From Candidatus Collierbacteria bacterium UBA2277 (GTDB lineage Bacteria; Patescibacteriota; Microgenomatia; UBA1400; MFAQ01), in assembly GCA_002347045.1 (NCBI GenBank), contig DDWV01000001.1, forward strand, positions 487,201-551,200: a DNA stretch of 64,000 bases. The letters are read 5' to 3'. How positions within the stretch are numbered: position 1 is the first letter of the stretch; every line of letters begins with the position of its first letter. The translations under genes and the position numbers were made by a program. This document shows positions 13,001 to 21,444 of this stretch, one piece after another. The notes under the pieces are model-generated. The model was not told the DNA's origin and did no database searches. It was given only the letters and a program-made list of their open reading frames with translations.

Positions 13001-13495
13001 CAACCACGAACCTCGCATGGGACGAATCTCTGCTTGATGCAAAGCTCTGCCAGAGTGAGGATCAAATTCTCTGGTGAAGTACGCTCCCGAAGATCTAATT
13101 AACTGATTAACGACGACACGCTCTACTCCGTTGATGATGAATGTTCCAGTGCTGGTCATCATGGGAATATCACCGAGGAATATTTCTTGCTGTTGAGATG
13201 CTTTTGAGGCTAAGTTGGTGAGTTTTACAGTAGCCCAAAGAGGAGCTTCAAAAGTAACGCCTTTTTCTAAGGCTTGTTTTGGGGTAATTTTGGGAAGACC
13301 AACACGATTGGATAAAAATTCAAATTCAAATACTTTTCCAGTGAAATCTTTTATTGGATTAAGTTCGGTAAGGGACTCACGGATGCCGTCCTCGAGAAAC
13401 TGTTTGTATGAATCGATCTGTATCTGAGTCAAATTCAATTCTGGTAATACCGGGTTGACATTCCCCCAGTTTTCACGATTTATTTGTTTATTCAT
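10055..13495 (-). CDS. rpoB: DNA-directed RNA polymerase subunit beta
   Basis: 1146 aa containing the conserved beta-subunit regions RSPEGPNVGLV...LSLYTRVN... and GEMEVWALEA, with an acidic C-terminal tail. Confidence 0.95.
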   Translation of the reverse strand: MNKQINRENWGNVNPVLPELNLTQIQIDSYKQFLEDGIRESLTELNPIKDFTGKVFEFEFLSNRVGLPKITPKQALEKGVTFEAPLWATVKLTNLASKASQQQEIFLGDIPMMTSTGTFIINGVERVVVNQLIRSSGAYFTREFDPHSGRALHQAEIRPMRGSWLEVLVSRNDHISIRIDRHRKVSATTILRAIGYSSNEEIQALFSDVDVDKDHQYIATTLLKDTSTNTEEALLEFYQKVRPGEPAVLENAKALLHQMFFDVRRYNLGLVGRYKMNRKLGLSSKVDKQHITLSTEDFVGAIKYLIGLQNGHGKIDDIDHLANRRLRCVGELVNQTSFKSGLLRLERSIKEKMSLAKPDELPTPAAFVNPRPIISAITEFFRRNRLSSILDQVNPLSEIDNLRRVSVMGPGGITRERASFSMRDIHSSQYSRICPVRSPEGPNVGLVTYLSLYTRVNDYGFLESPYLEVKKVTKGGKSIIAIGKEIVYLGADDEEDAYITHAGIERDGDIITQEWVPARFQGKYIEVDVDMIQYIDVVPRQVVGTSASLIPFIQQDEGTRALMGTHHLTQALPLVKPSAPIVGTGMESVVAQSMGWSVKSQFEGEVISVDADHISIKLSENDAKSAASEISPFDYGFVEVSRDIVTYSIRKYHNSSQDTSYNQHPLVDVGDKIKKGDVIINGPAAENGELALGQNLFIAYAAFEGLGYEDAIVVSDRCVKEDLLSSVHIHEHTCDVMDTKLGAEELTRDIPNVAEADLKNLDSEGIIAVGSVVGPNDILIGKIAPKGETELTAEERLLRSIFGEKAREVRDTSLRMPHGEQGIVISIRVLSRDDGDELDAGVIKQIKIKVAQLRKITSGDKVAGRHGNKGVISKIVSTADMPHMADGTPVDIIISPLSVLARMNLGQLLEAELGFAGSRLGKRYAAPVFENISDKRISEALKEAGLPESGKVQLFDGRTGEPFEDETAVGVTYIIKLNHMVEDKTHARSIGPYSLVTQQPLGGKAQMGGQRLGEMEVWALEAHKAAYSLQEMLTIKSDDVVGRSKAFESIVKGEPIPMSSVPESFKVLVKELNSLCLAIIPTGSVEGVEEEEPIKPEVAAVITEATAMSEELQAATFEDEEETSEKEVSEEDAEAGITNSDENISK

Positions 13496-13639
13496 CCGAT
13501 TTTTTGGATTTTAGGAAAAGTAAATAACAATGGACAACATATAAAAACCTGACCGACACAGAACCCAGCCAAGTTTATAGCAGTGGCAGTAGGATATCAT
13601 AGAATTGAGACTGTTGTCAACCTGGAGATTTCAAAAATT

Positions 13640-14623
13640 TTAACAGTCTTTCTTAAGATAAGTACAGACGTTTTGATTGTGTCCTTCAATTGTGTCAGAA
13701 AAATGAATCCTCCCTTGATTATCATGGATATAAAACCAAGCAGAGGTTTTTTTTGGAGAAGAAGCAGCTTTTAGAGCGGCTTTCCCTGGGTTGCTGATAG
13801 GCCTTGGAGGCAAACCCTGATTCTGGTAGGTGTTGTAGGGTGAGTTTATTTGAATGTTGGCTTTAGTAAGATTGTTAGGCCACCAGTTACAGTCAATTTT
13901 TTTGCATTGTGAGGAAGCGAGTGCGTACTGTACAGTAGCATCTATCTGCAGTGGCCAACCTGCTTCGAGTCTGTTAGCAATTACTCCGGCAATTTCAGGC
14001 ATCTCTTCTGAACTAGCTGCTTCTCGTTCTAAGAGAGAGGCTGTAACTAGAGTTTTGTTTAGCTGGTCTTCTGAGATTTTTAGCTCGGAGACTACTGCCA
14101 TGAAACGAGCCTCAAGTTTTTCGATCACCTTTTCGGAGCTTGTTTTTGGATCAAAGTCGTAGGTATCAGGGAAAAGACGGCCTTCTTTTTCGACTGTCAA
14201 AGATAGAAATTCGGAGGACGAAAAAGTATAGCCTTCATAATTCTTGAAGGATGTCTCAAGGATTTGAGCAATTTCTTGACGTCTAAGCCCTTCGGGAATT
14301 GTGACGCGAACTTGTTTTGCACTGGCACGAGTAAGGCTTTGAGCGATTTCTGTGATACTCATACTTGGAGAAAATCTAAAATACCCGGCCTGAACGTTAT
14401 TCTGCAAACCAAGAACAACAACTGAGACCTTAAAAGCGGTACGAGACCTAATTAGTTTGGCTGTACTTAGCTCCTGACCAATTCGATCGATACCCCAACC
14501 AGACTTGACTTCAAACTCAACTGATGAGGTTTGTTGGTTTGTAACCGGTCTTGTGGCTAGAAAGAACCAAGCAAAAAAAGAAACCGCAAGAAAAACAGAG
14601 ACAATTGTTAGACGTCTAAACAT
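13640..14623 (-). CDS. mltG: Endolytic murein transglycosylase MltG (YceG-like)
   Basis: 327 aa with an N-terminal TM helix and the YceG-family motifs LQIDATVQYAL and GLPPRPISNPG. Confidence 0.8.
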   Translation of the reverse strand: MFRRLTIVSVFLAVSFFAWFFLATRPVTNQQTSSVEFEVKSGWGIDRIGQELSTAKLIRSRTAFKVSVVVLGLQNNVQAGYFRFSPSMSITEIAQSLTRASAKQVRVTIPEGLRRQEIAQILETSFKNYEGYTFSSSEFLSLTVEKEGRLFPDTYDFDPKTSSEKVIEKLEARFMAVVSELKISEDQLNKTLVTASLLEREAASSEEMPEIAGVIANRLEAGWPLQIDATVQYALASSQCKKIDCNWWPNNLTKANIQINSPYNTYQNQGLPPRPISNPGKAALKAASSPKKTSAWFYIHDNQGRIHFSDTIEGHNQNVCTYLKKDC

Positions 14624-14630
14624 GGGTTAA

Positions 14631-14837
14631 TTAAACTTCACTTAATAGGGCTCTTCTGTAGGTGTTTGACTTTGGATTGTAGATAAAAATACGGCCACAC
14701 TTACAAGTAACCTGATCGCAGTTTTTTACTTTTTTTGAGGGAACTCTTTTCCCTTCAGATAAAGGTGATCCACAGCCAACACAGGAGCCCTTTGATAATA
14801 ACCACGCCTGCACTGGAGCGATAATGTTCTTGAACAT
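14631..14837 (-). CDS. Small zinc-ribbon protein of unknown function
   Basis: 68 aa with cysteines spaced CVGC...C-x4-C-x-C. Wedged between ruvX and mltG with gaps of 8 nt and 44 nt. Confidence 0.4.
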   Translation of the reverse strand: MFKNIIAPVQAWLLSKGSCVGCGSPLSEGKRVPSKKVKNCDQVTCKCGRIFIYNPKSNTYRRALLSEV

Positions 14838-14880
14838 AATTTTATTATATATTGTTTAGGTTTTTAAATACTAATCAGTC

Positions 14881-15270
14881 TCATGAGTCTAAAAACTCTT
14901 GAAGAATGATAGCGGCAGCTGTTTGATGTTCGGCAATTTTTCTTCTTGCGAGAGTTTTTCCTGTGTCTTTTAGAATTGTTTTGGCAGAACGGGATGAAAG
15001 GTCTTCAGAGAAAAAAACAATGTCACCTGAAAAAATTTTTTCTAGCTCCGCTTTGAAGTCGTTGGCGTATTTGACAAGAGGTCCATGATCTGGAACACCT
15101 ATCACGATAGTTTCTGGATTGATTTTGGCAATGTATGGAATGAGCTTGCCGATTAGTTTATCAAGCTTTGACTCAAAGATAGTTGCTAGCGGCTCAGCAA
15201 GAATTCCTTCGTACGAGATAGCTATACCTGTGTGGGCTGTTCCGAGATCTAGACAAAGTGTTGTAGGCAT
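14881..15270 (-). CDS. ruvX: YqgF/RuvX putative pre-16S rRNA nuclease (Holliday-junction-resolvase-like)
   Basis: An LCLDLGTAHTGIAIS N-terminal motif and a ~130-aa RNase H-like fold. The preferred start is the second Met (MPTTLCLDLG). The ORF track extends it to 15300. Confidence 0.8.
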   Translation of the reverse strand: MPTTLCLDLGTAHTGIAISYEGILAEPLATIFESKLDKLIGKLIPYIAKINPETIVIGVPDHGPLVKYANDFKAELEKIFSGDIVFFSEDLSSRSAKTILKDTGKTLARRKIAEHQTAAAIILQEFLDS

Positions 15271-15331
15271 ATTTAGTATTTTATTGTATCTGATAGGCAC
15301 ATAGAGTGTTATGAAGGAGTGAGTGAGGACA

Positions 15332-16087
15332 TTAATCGATTAATGTTCCCTCAACGACTAGTCGTCTAAGAGTCGTTCCCGGAGGAACACAGGTAACAAG
15401 CTTAAAGGTTTTGTTTGAGTAATTTTGCTTTAAGACCCACAGATCTGTTGGCTTAACTTCCACAGTGTTTGTGACTCGGTAGGTATATTCTTTGTCTTTG
15501 TACTTTACAAAAATATCTGAACCTGCTTTAAGTTTTGGAAGAGTGGAAAATATGGTGGTGTATTTTTTGGGGTCAAAGAACTGTGGAAGGGTTGAGTGAC
15601 CAAAGACGACTGGAGAACCATACTGACCCGGGAGGGCAGTCTGCGGATAATGTACTAAGTGTTTTGTGAGGTCTTCATCAAAAAGGCTAGTTACAACATT
15701 TTCTAAGCCAAGAGAGGGTATTGAGAGTGTGTAGGTGTCAGGAATATCTCCTTGGTCTTCTGATCGATCTACAGGGGAAGAAAAGGAATCGTTTTTTACA
15801 CTGCCAGGAAACCAACTACTGGCCTTTGTGTAGTCGACTCCAGACAAAATGAGAGGTTCTTGATCGTCGCTGGCTTTTGATTCGTAATAGACAGGGGATA
15901 GTAGGCCTGAGTCTCTGTTTAGAAACTGGACATCCTTAAACTGATAACTAACCACTGGGTAGGCGATAGCACCGAGAATTCCAAGACCAAGAGCAGAGAC
16001 TAGTGTAGGAACTGTTTTAAGATATATAGGAATACGCCTACCCGGGTGCGGATCTGAAGCCGTAGCCTTTTTGTAACTATAGAGCAT
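15332..16087 (-). CDS. Sortase-family transpeptidase (membrane anchored)
   Basis: 251 aa with an N-terminal TM segment, a VVFGHSTL active-site His region, and an LVTCVPPGTTLRRLVV motif carrying the catalytic TLxTC cysteine. Confidence 0.8.
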   Translation of the reverse strand: MLYSYKKATASDPHPGRRIPIYLKTVPTLVSALGLGILGAIAYPVVSYQFKDVQFLNRDSGLLSPVYYESKASDDQEPLILSGVDYTKASSWFPGSVKNDSFSSPVDRSEDQGDIPDTYTLSIPSLGLENVVTSLFDEDLTKHLVHYPQTALPGQYGSPVVFGHSTLPQFFDPKKYTTIFSTLPKLKAGSDIFVKYKDKEYTYRVTNTVEVKPTDLWVLKQNYSNKTFKLVTCVPPGTTLRRLVVEGTLID

Positions 16088-16088
16088 G

Positions 16089-18272
16089 TTAGTTTGCTAG
16101 CATCTCAAATTTTATTTTTGAGTATGGCAGAAGTTTTGTGAATAAAGGAATAGGAGGATAAATTTTGACGCTCAAATGATCAAACCCCTCAATTGTAGAG
16201 AAGATGGGGCGAATACTTGAAGATGGTTTCCCCTTGATGAAGCTTTTGTATTTTACTTCGTCAATCGTCGGAAAGAGACTGGTTTCGACATTTACTTTTG
16301 CTTGATAGTAGTTACCGGCGATAACTGGTTCTTCGAGGTTAATTGAGGTGTTGCCTTGAAAAATTTCAGACCCAGAAGGAATTTGAGAGGCTAGTTGTTC
16401 TGAGATCAGTTGGAATAAACTATCCTCTGAGTAAACAAGTGTTTCCAGAGAACCCTCGAGATCAAGATTGAGTATAGCTGCCTCTTCACCAACATCTTTG
16501 TCAAACACCTTTTTAGTGAATTTTAGATCTGAAAGTATTAATGATTTGAATCCAGGGTTCTGAGCATTAGTAGATGATTGGGTATCTGACTTGATTTTTT
16601 CACTAGCCAGCTGAAAAAGCTTGTCCTGATCTGCTTTGGAGACTGCCCTTACTGCGCGCGATGTCCCTCCTGAAAAGTCTGAGTCTGATACAGCATAGGC
16701 AACACTCATAGAGTAGTTGTCAACTGAAAAGGTGGAGTTTTTTGGAAGATTGTAGTCTGCTCCAATTTTAACTGCTTTTACCTTGACGCCGGTGGCCTTA
16801 CCATATGTTTCTGTGCCAGCGATGAGGTCAGCACTTTTGGAAGCAATAGTAACTTGGTCTGTGATGGTGTATGAGTATTTACCATTTTCCGATTCGATTA
16901 CGGCTCCTGCTTTAACGGAGATTGAGGAGGTTGATTTGTTGGCAATAGTAATCATACCGGTTGCGTGTTCTCCGACAGTAGCTTCCCCAGTTGTTTCTAT
17001 TTGTTCTCTAGCAACACCAGATATTGTTTTTTTGGTAGCTATCAGCGTGGGAGTGCCTGAGACAGGAATTTCTGAGATAGCAATATCAATTTGTGAGGTA
17101 ATTTTTTGTGGGTTGAAGTAGATGGTGACAATGGCCTCTCCTAAAAACAAATAACCGACAAACCCAAGAACAAAAATTAGCGGAATAATTAATAAATATA
17201 GGTACGGGTACTTAAGGTTAGAAAATTTTGGGAAAGATAGTTTTGGAATTTTTGGAAGTTTTGGAACAGAAAACGACATTTTTGGAGCTGGAGGAGAAAC
17301 TTTTTCTACGGGGATAGAGTCCTCTTCTTGAACAATGGCAAATTCAGGTGAGTCAGAAATCATCGGAGGAAGAGGCTCTGAGATACTTTTTTCGACAGAT
17401 AAGGGAGCTTCTGACTCTTCATAAGAAAAACCAAGCTCATTTATTGATGTAGGAGGTGATTGAGGAACATAAATGTTTGACTCTTCTTGGGGAGAGGAGA
17501 GGGTTTCTTCATTCCTGGTGCTAGTATTTTCACCTGATAGATACTGTACTGCTTCTGAACCGCCTGTAAGAGCAACAGCTTTGATACTAAACTCGATGGG
17601 TAAAACTTCAACCTTGGGCATGTTCTGAAAAGGAAGCCTTTCTTGCCAAGGATGTGAAGTAATTCGTTGCTCTTCTTCTTCTAAGGCTCCACCATTGGTA
17701 AGAATGAATCTTGCCGGAAGTTTTTCTTTTCCAATAACTGTGAGCCCCTCTTCAACGTCTTGGGCAATATCTCCTGATCTAGCTGCTTCTTCTGACGCAG
17801 AAACATCCCCTTTTTCAATTACCGAGACGACGACCTTGGTGTTGTAAATTTCCAATAGAATGGCTGTTGGAGGAATTCCCTCAAGCTTTTTCATGTAGTG
17901 AGCAATTGCAGAGTTTATGGGAACCATGCCGATCGGAGATAGTCCTAACTCTTTGATTAGGTTGCCTAATAGATGAATCTTTGTTGGGTGAATTTTTCCG
18001 TCTTCAATCCAAGAGTCCGGGAGACCAAAAATTACTTTTCTTGGTTCGGAGTCTATCATTTTGACGGCCTGTTCCAGTGAAGCGTCTACTCCGTTGATAA
18101 GTGATTCTTCATCGGCCCAAGATTCGTATGAACCATAGCTAATGACTGAAGGTTCTGTTCCGACTACCTCCCAGAGAGCAGTTTTTATCAAAGACTCATG
18201 AATTTCGATGGCAAGATAATACTCAGGCTCCGTAACTTTTGATTTATTTCCAAATAAATTTACTATGTTCAT
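16089..18272 (-). CDS. Large bitopic membrane protein: a PilM/FtsA-like actin-fold N-domain, one TM helix and a ~350-aa extracytoplasmic domain
   Basis: The 727 aa N-terminus YYLAIEIHESLIKTALWEV resembles the GIDIGS..IK.V.L start of PilM/FtsA ATPases. One hydrophobic helix (YLYLLIIPLIFVLGFVGYLFLG) sits near residue 355. The C-terminal half is Ser/Thr-rich with no recognised domain. Confidence 0.5.
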   Translation of the reverse strand: MNIVNLFGNKSKVTEPEYYLAIEIHESLIKTALWEVVGTEPSVISYGSYESWADEESLINGVDASLEQAVKMIDSEPRKVIFGLPDSWIEDGKIHPTKIHLLGNLIKELGLSPIGMVPINSAIAHYMKKLEGIPPTAILLEIYNTKVVVSVIEKGDVSASEEAARSGDIAQDVEEGLTVIGKEKLPARFILTNGGALEEEEQRITSHPWQERLPFQNMPKVEVLPIEFSIKAVALTGGSEAVQYLSGENTSTRNEETLSSPQEESNIYVPQSPPTSINELGFSYEESEAPLSVEKSISEPLPPMISDSPEFAIVQEEDSIPVEKVSPPAPKMSFSVPKLPKIPKLSFPKFSNLKYPYLYLLIIPLIFVLGFVGYLFLGEAIVTIYFNPQKITSQIDIAISEIPVSGTPTLIATKKTISGVAREQIETTGEATVGEHATGMITIANKSTSSISVKAGAVIESENGKYSYTITDQVTIASKSADLIAGTETYGKATGVKVKAVKIGADYNLPKNSTFSVDNYSMSVAYAVSDSDFSGGTSRAVRAVSKADQDKLFQLASEKIKSDTQSSTNAQNPGFKSLILSDLKFTKKVFDKDVGEEAAILNLDLEGSLETLVYSEDSLFQLISEQLASQIPSGSEIFQGNTSINLEEPVIAGNYYQAKVNVETSLFPTIDEVKYKSFIKGKPSSSIRPIFSTIEGFDHLSVKIYPPIPLFTKLLPYSKIKFEMLAN

Positions 18273-18296
18273 GTTTGGCAGACCTTACTAAAGGCT

Positions 18297-20138
18297 TTAC
18301 TTTTCAAACTGTATATAGAGACGGCGTGTTCCTGCGCCGAGCGACTCTTGTTTGACTACTTTTATCTTAGCAAGTTCTTGAGTGTTCGTCACGTGGGGAC
18401 CGCCACACAACTCTCTAGAGAATGGATTAATTTCATCTCCTATGGTGTAAACGCTGACAATATCAGGATACTTTTGTCCAAAAAAAGCAAGGGCTCCTTT
18501 TTCTAGGGCTTTTTCTTTTGGTAGCTCTTCTCTTAAAACGGGGAGCTTTTCCTGAATTTTTTGATTGATTAATCTTTCTATCAAGTGAATCTCTTTATCA
18601 GACAACTTTTCCTTGTGTGAAAAGTCGAACCTAAGCCTCTCGAAAGTAATGTTTGAACCTTTTTGACCAACATGTTCACCAAGTATCTGGCGTAAAGAAG
18701 CATGCAATAAATGGGTTACTGTGTGATAAGCGGTAACAGTCTCGGAGTTATCGGCAAGACCACCCTTGAACATGGAGACCGATGAAGTACGAGAGAGTTC
18801 TTTGTGTTTTAGAAACTCTTTTTGAAATTGCTCAATATCAACTTTTTGACCCATTTGAGACAGTACTTCTGCGGTGATTTCTAGAGGGAAACCATAGCTT
18901 TGATAAAGATCAAAGGCGGCTTTGCCGTCGACTTGAGGATTTTTTTGAAGGTCTTTAATGCCTTTTCCTAGAGCCTTTGCAAACTTGATTATCTCCATTT
19001 TTATCTCACCTTGGATTGCCGGTGTGTCTTTTTTGAAATCAAAATAAAGAGGTGAGTAAAACTTTGTGACAATAGGCGAAAGAGTTGAGATGTCTTCTAG
19101 ATTGTCGATTGTAGAAGTGAGAAAGTACATTTTAACGGCTGCCCTACGAATAAGCCTTCTAAGAACATACCCCTGAGCCTTGTTACAAGGAAATACTCCG
19201 TCTTTGATTAAAAAAGTCGCGGCAGTGATGTGATCAGCGATTACTCTCATGGGTGGCTGATTTTCTAGATCTCTGTATGACTTATTAGAAAGTTTTTCGA
19301 TCTCCTGGATAATAGGTAACAAACTACTAATTTTGAACATATCTGGATCAGAGTTTACGGCAGCTTCGAGACGAGTAAGACCTCCACCGAAGTCGATGTT
19401 TTTACTAGGTAAATCTACAAGTGAGCCGTCCTCATTTTTGAGATACTGCATAAAGACGCTGTTACCTATCTCTAAAAAACGACCACAGTCACAGTTTGGG
19501 TGACATTTACTATTTTTGAATGGTGAATTTTCGTGAAGCTTGAGTTTTTCACCAAAGTCAAAAAAAACCTCCGAATCTGGACCTCCTGGTTCTCCAGCAG
19601 GCATGTAATCTGGAGCACCGGCTCGAGACCACCAGTTTTTATCTGAAGAATAGGCAAAAATATGATCACCTTCTTTTGTTTCTATTCCGGCCTTGGCGAA
19701 AAGTGATTTCCAAATTTCTATAGCCTCATTGTCTTTTTTAACACCCGAACCACCTTCAAATACGGTAACAAAGAGTTTATTGGGGTCTAAACCTAAACCT
19801 TCATCTTTGTTGGTCAAAAAAGTGAAAAACCAGTTTAACTGTTCTTTTTTGAAATAATCACCTAGAGACCAGTTGCCAAGCATTTCAAAAAATGTAGTGT
19901 GACGGCTGTCTCCAATTTCATCGATGTCTACTGATCTGAAACACTTTTGTGAGTCTGCAATTCTTGTACCAAGAGGGTGTTTTTGGCCAAGAAGATATGG
20001 CATCATGGGCTGCATCCCAGCTGAGGTAAAAAGAGTGGTAGCATCGCCCTCGGGAACCAAGGTGGCTGAAGGAATAATTGCATGACCTCTTTTCTCCATG
20101 AATGAGAAAAATTTTTGCCTGATGTCGTTTATGGTCAT
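18297..20138 (-). CDS. alaS: Alanine--tRNA ligase (short form)
   Basis: 613 aa with a class-II catalytic core (FTSAGMQP...HTTFFEMLGNWS) and an editing-domain HxxxH (VTHLLHASLRQILGEH). It is shorter than the typical ~870 aa. Confidence 0.88.
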   Translation of the reverse strand: MTINDIRQKFFSFMEKRGHAIIPSATLVPEGDATTLFTSAGMQPMMPYLLGQKHPLGTRIADSQKCFRSVDIDEIGDSRHTTFFEMLGNWSLGDYFKKEQLNWFFTFLTNKDEGLGLDPNKLFVTVFEGGSGVKKDNEAIEIWKSLFAKAGIETKEGDHIFAYSSDKNWWSRAGAPDYMPAGEPGGPDSEVFFDFGEKLKLHENSPFKNSKCHPNCDCGRFLEIGNSVFMQYLKNEDGSLVDLPSKNIDFGGGLTRLEAAVNSDPDMFKISSLLPIIQEIEKLSNKSYRDLENQPPMRVIADHITAATFLIKDGVFPCNKAQGYVLRRLIRRAAVKMYFLTSTIDNLEDISTLSPIVTKFYSPLYFDFKKDTPAIQGEIKMEIIKFAKALGKGIKDLQKNPQVDGKAAFDLYQSYGFPLEITAEVLSQMGQKVDIEQFQKEFLKHKELSRTSSVSMFKGGLADNSETVTAYHTVTHLLHASLRQILGEHVGQKGSNITFERLRFDFSHKEKLSDKEIHLIERLINQKIQEKLPVLREELPKEKALEKGALAFFGQKYPDIVSVYTIGDEINPFSRELCGGPHVTNTQELAKIKVVKQESLGAGTRRLYIQFEK

Positions 20139-20195
20139 TTGAATATGAATTATAACAAGCTTTCTTATGTACTGGATACTAAAAAAAGTGACTTG

Positions 20196-20501
20196 TTAGA
20201 AATCTTGTTTGGTTGGACGTGAAAGACTCACTGCAGGAGGAGGCGGAGGAGGTGTCTCAAAGTCGTACGTCGTGTGATGAGAAGTTTCTTGGACTGGAAT
20301 TATGGGTATTGACCTGAGGTTTTCCTCTTTAGGTTGAACAAAGGGAATTTTTTTGTATTTGTCGGGTATGGCGTCGGTGAGTTCTTTAATGATTTTTTTA
20401 CCTTCATCAGTAGTAAAAAGAAGAGCAGCAATGACCCCTAGTGAGAGACCAACGGCAAAAGAAGAAAAGCCGTTATCTTGTTTTTTATTGATCGGATTCA
20501 T
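20196..20501 (-). CDS. YtxH-like small membrane protein
   Basis: 101 aa. NGFSSFAVGLSLGVIAALLFTTDEGKKIIKEL matches the YtxH glycine-zipper N-terminus. The C-terminus is Pro-rich. Confidence 0.45.
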   Translation of the reverse strand: MNPINKKQDNGFSSFAVGLSLGVIAALLFTTDEGKKIIKELTDAIPDKYKKIPFVQPKEENLRSIPIIPVQETSHHTTYDFETPPPPPPAVSLSRPTKQDF

Positions 20502-20787
20502 TTTTATCTATATTGACAGGATCAGACCCTTTGTCGCGTCCGAGTAGACGACTAACCATTTCTACTATCTTTCCGGACTGTCTGAAACCTTCTACGATAG
20601 CAAAAAGCCCTACAGCCGGCTGAGAGATCTTTTGGAGAGTCTCTTCTGCAGTATCAAGAGTGTGGTTTACTCTAGCTAGAGAGCTTTTTAGCTCTCGGAG
20701 GACGAGAATTAACTCAACTCCTACGGCGATGGCGACGACAGTAAGGAGTGAAACAGAAATAATTGAAACAATTTGTGAAGGGGTCAT
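20485..20787 (-). CDS. DUF948-like small membrane/coiled-coil protein
   Basis: About 100 aa from the internal Met MTPSQIVSIISVSLLTVVAIAVG, with a TM helix followed by a coiled coil. The longer ORF-track start would overlap rodZ. Confidence 0.4.
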   Translation of the reverse strand: MTPSQIVSIISVSLLTVVAIAVGVELILVLRELKSSLARVNHTLDTAEETLQKISQPAVGLFAIVEGFRQSGKIVEMVSRLLGRDKGSDPVNIDKNESDQ

Positions 20788-20809
20788 AGATATATGATAG
20801 CAAATTAAT

Positions 20810-21439
20810 TTATTTAGAGATGACAGTGAGAGGAAGAGTCTTGGTTGTTGATCTTGAAAATCGATTAGTAGTTTTGATAGTGATGATAGTTTCGCCAACT
20901 GGTAAGTTAAGAAAGATCTGAAAATTCCCTTCCTGGTCAGGCTTGACTACGTTGCTGTCATTAATTGTAACTAGTGAGTCAGAAGAAGTGGTTCCAGCGA
21001 TATCTATGGGTGATACCAGGACAGTGTCTTTTGATGGTCTTGTAATCTCAAGTGGGGGTGGAGTAAGAATGACTCGAAACTGAAAAACAAGATAAATAAC
21101 AAAAACAGAAATACCTAAAGTTATTGGGAAAAGTTTTGAAGAGAGGAAAGAAAGTTTAACTGCAGTTTTTTTGTGGGTCTTAATTTGTGAAGATTTTATA
21201 TCCGGTTGGCGATAATCACGACGAAAGACGGCAATTAGCTCATCGGGATCGCTTTCAAGACGGAGACTAATATTTCTTATAAAGCCTTTGGTGAAGGTTT
21301 CGGAAGGGAGAAGATCGAACCTGTCAGCTTCGAGAGCTTCAATATATTTTGAGTCAATTTTTGTTGCAAGGGAGAGTTCTTCGATAGAAAGCTCTTTTTT
21401 GAGCCTGGCTGAGTTGAGTAACTGTCCGACAGTTTTCAT
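20810..21439 (-). CDS. rodZ: RodZ-like cytoskeleton protein (HTH + TM)
   Basis: An N-terminal XRE-type HTH (VGQLLNSARLKKELSIEELSLATKI), a single TM helix and an extracytoplasmic C-terminal domain. Confidence 0.6.
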   Translation of the reverse strand: MKTVGQLLNSARLKKELSIEELSLATKIDSKYIEALEADRFDLLPSETFTKGFIRNISLRLESDPDELIAVFRRDYRQPDIKSSQIKTHKKTAVKLSFLSSKLFPITLGISVFVIYLVFQFRVILTPPPLEITRPSKDTVLVSPIDIAGTTSSDSLVTINDSNVVKPDQEGNFQIFLNLPVGETIITIKTTNRFSRSTTKTLPLTVISK

Positions 21440-21444
21440 AACAG

